DNA of 64,000 nucleotides from an uncultured Candidatus Actinomarina sp. (GTDB lineage: Bacteria; Actinomycetota; Acidimicrobiia; Actinomarinales; Actinomarinaceae): assembly GCA_902587025.1 (NCBI GenBank), contig CACIJJ010000004.1, positions 4,510 through 68,509 on the forward strand, given 5' to 3'. Below, in pieces: positions 63,183 to 64,000 of the stretch. The notes beneath the pieces are model-generated. The model was given only the letters and a program-made list of their open reading frames with translations. It was not told the DNA's origin and made no database searches. Position numbers and translations under genes: made by a program. Position 1 is the first letter of the stretch. Every line of letters starts with the position of its first letter.

Positions 63183-64000
63183 TTATAAACTTAAGAGTCT
63201 GGATACATCATTTCGAGCAGATTTGGCAGTTCCAAAAATAAGCGAATCAGATTTAGCTTTTTTAAAATAAAGGTGTGCTGGATGCTCCCAAGTAAACCCA
63301 ATTCCACCATGAACTTGAATGTTATCTCCTGATACTTTATTGAATACATCGGAACAATAAGCTTTTGCCATTGAAGAACTCATTTCTAGTTCAACAATAT
63401 CGTCAGAGTCAACTCTTACAGAACTGTAGGCAATAGATTTTGCACTTTCGATTTGAAGAAGCATATCCGCACACATATGTTGTACTGCTTGGAAAGATCC
63501 AATTGGTCTTCCAAATTGAATTCTTTCTTTTGCATATTGAGTAGACATATCTAAACAAGCTTGTGCTCCCCCAACTTGCTCCATAGCAAGAAAAGAGATG
63601 GATATATGCTTTACCTTATTCCATATATTTTCATCTTCTTGAATATCGAACATAAAGTTTTCATTACCAACCTCGACATTCTCAAGTATTATCTCAGCCA
63701 TTGGTCTTGTTTGATCTAAGGAAGTTGTTTCTGAAATTGTTACTCCAGGATTATCTTTATCTACCATTATGAATTTGAATCCATCTTCAGATTTAGCAAG
63801 AATAGCAAAATAATCAGAAGTATCTCCAAACATCACATAACTTTTCTTGCCATTAAGTATGTATCCACTGTCATTATTTTCAGCTACTGTTGAAATATTT
63901 TCATCATTAATCTCATATCGGTCATTTTCATAAATGCCAAAGGAACCAATCTTTGAGCCTGAAACTATTTCAGGAAGAATTTTATTTTTGAGTTCGGAAG
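63183..64000 (-). CDS. acyl-CoA dehydrogenase; only the C-terminal part is present because the gene runs off the right edge
   Basis: The frame stays open upstream of the track ORF's first Met as far as position 64000 (..GYILNGKKSYVMFGD..). The C-terminal ACAD motifs are FGRPIGSFQAVQHMCADM and IQVHGGIGFTWEH. Confidence 0.85.
   Translation of the reverse strand, partial: SELKNKILPEIVSGSKIGSFGIYENDRYEINDENISTVAENNDSGYILNGKKSYVMFGDTSDYFAILAKSEDGFKFIMVDKDNPGVTISETTSLDQTRPMAEIILENVEVGNENFMFDIQEDENIWNKVKHISISFLAMEQVGGAQACLDMSTQYAKERIQFGRPIGSFQAVQHMCADMLLQIESAKSIAYSSVRVDSDDIVELEMSSSMAKAYCSDVFNKVSGDNIQVHGGIGFTWEHPAHLYFKKAKSDSLIFGTAKSARNDVSRLLSL

Overview
The window is a very AT-rich, tightly packed stretch of core chromosome, with many 1-4 nt stop/start overlaps. 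I read it as a streamlined actinobacterium. The evidence is a WhiB1-like regulator, DUF3107 and DUF3152 proteins, a mycoredoxin-like protein, F420 genes cofD/cofE, and gene order that matches mycobacterial neighbourhoods as I remember them. A marine low-GC lineage is an inference only. I found no mobile elements, CRISPR arrays, rRNA or recognisable defence genes.

Content, left to right:
- hom-thrC
- three secreted or surface proteins with zinc-protease motifs
- prs-glmU, tRNA-Gln, then ispE-rsmA-tatD-rsmI
- mscL, an ABC exporter and lhgO
- tmRNA
- a small redox cluster
- prfB-ftsE-ftsX, an M23 peptidase and smpB
- secA and ahcY
- a sugar-activation and glycosylation cluster that surrounds cofD-cofE
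- prpC/prpD
- a class A PBP, pepA, and a large SpoIID-domain wall protein
- tkt
- a 2-oxoacid dehydrogenase operon: lpd, fused E1, E2 and fused lipB-lipA

The main signals the ORF track does not explain:
1. An AhpD/CMD-family gene is split only by an in-frame TGA at the second Cys of its CxxCxxxH motif. A GGUC-looped hairpin follows, making it a candidate selenoprotein.
2. A perfect CRP-type palindrome (TGTGA-N6-TCACA) lies upstream of the WhiB1-like gene.
3. prfB carries the programmed +1 frameshift site.
4. There are LipB-LipA and E1 alpha-beta gene fusions.
5. The CofE is single-domain.
6. A structured palindromic leader precedes the dehydrogenase operon.

I cannot point to a clearly novel multi-gene system here.
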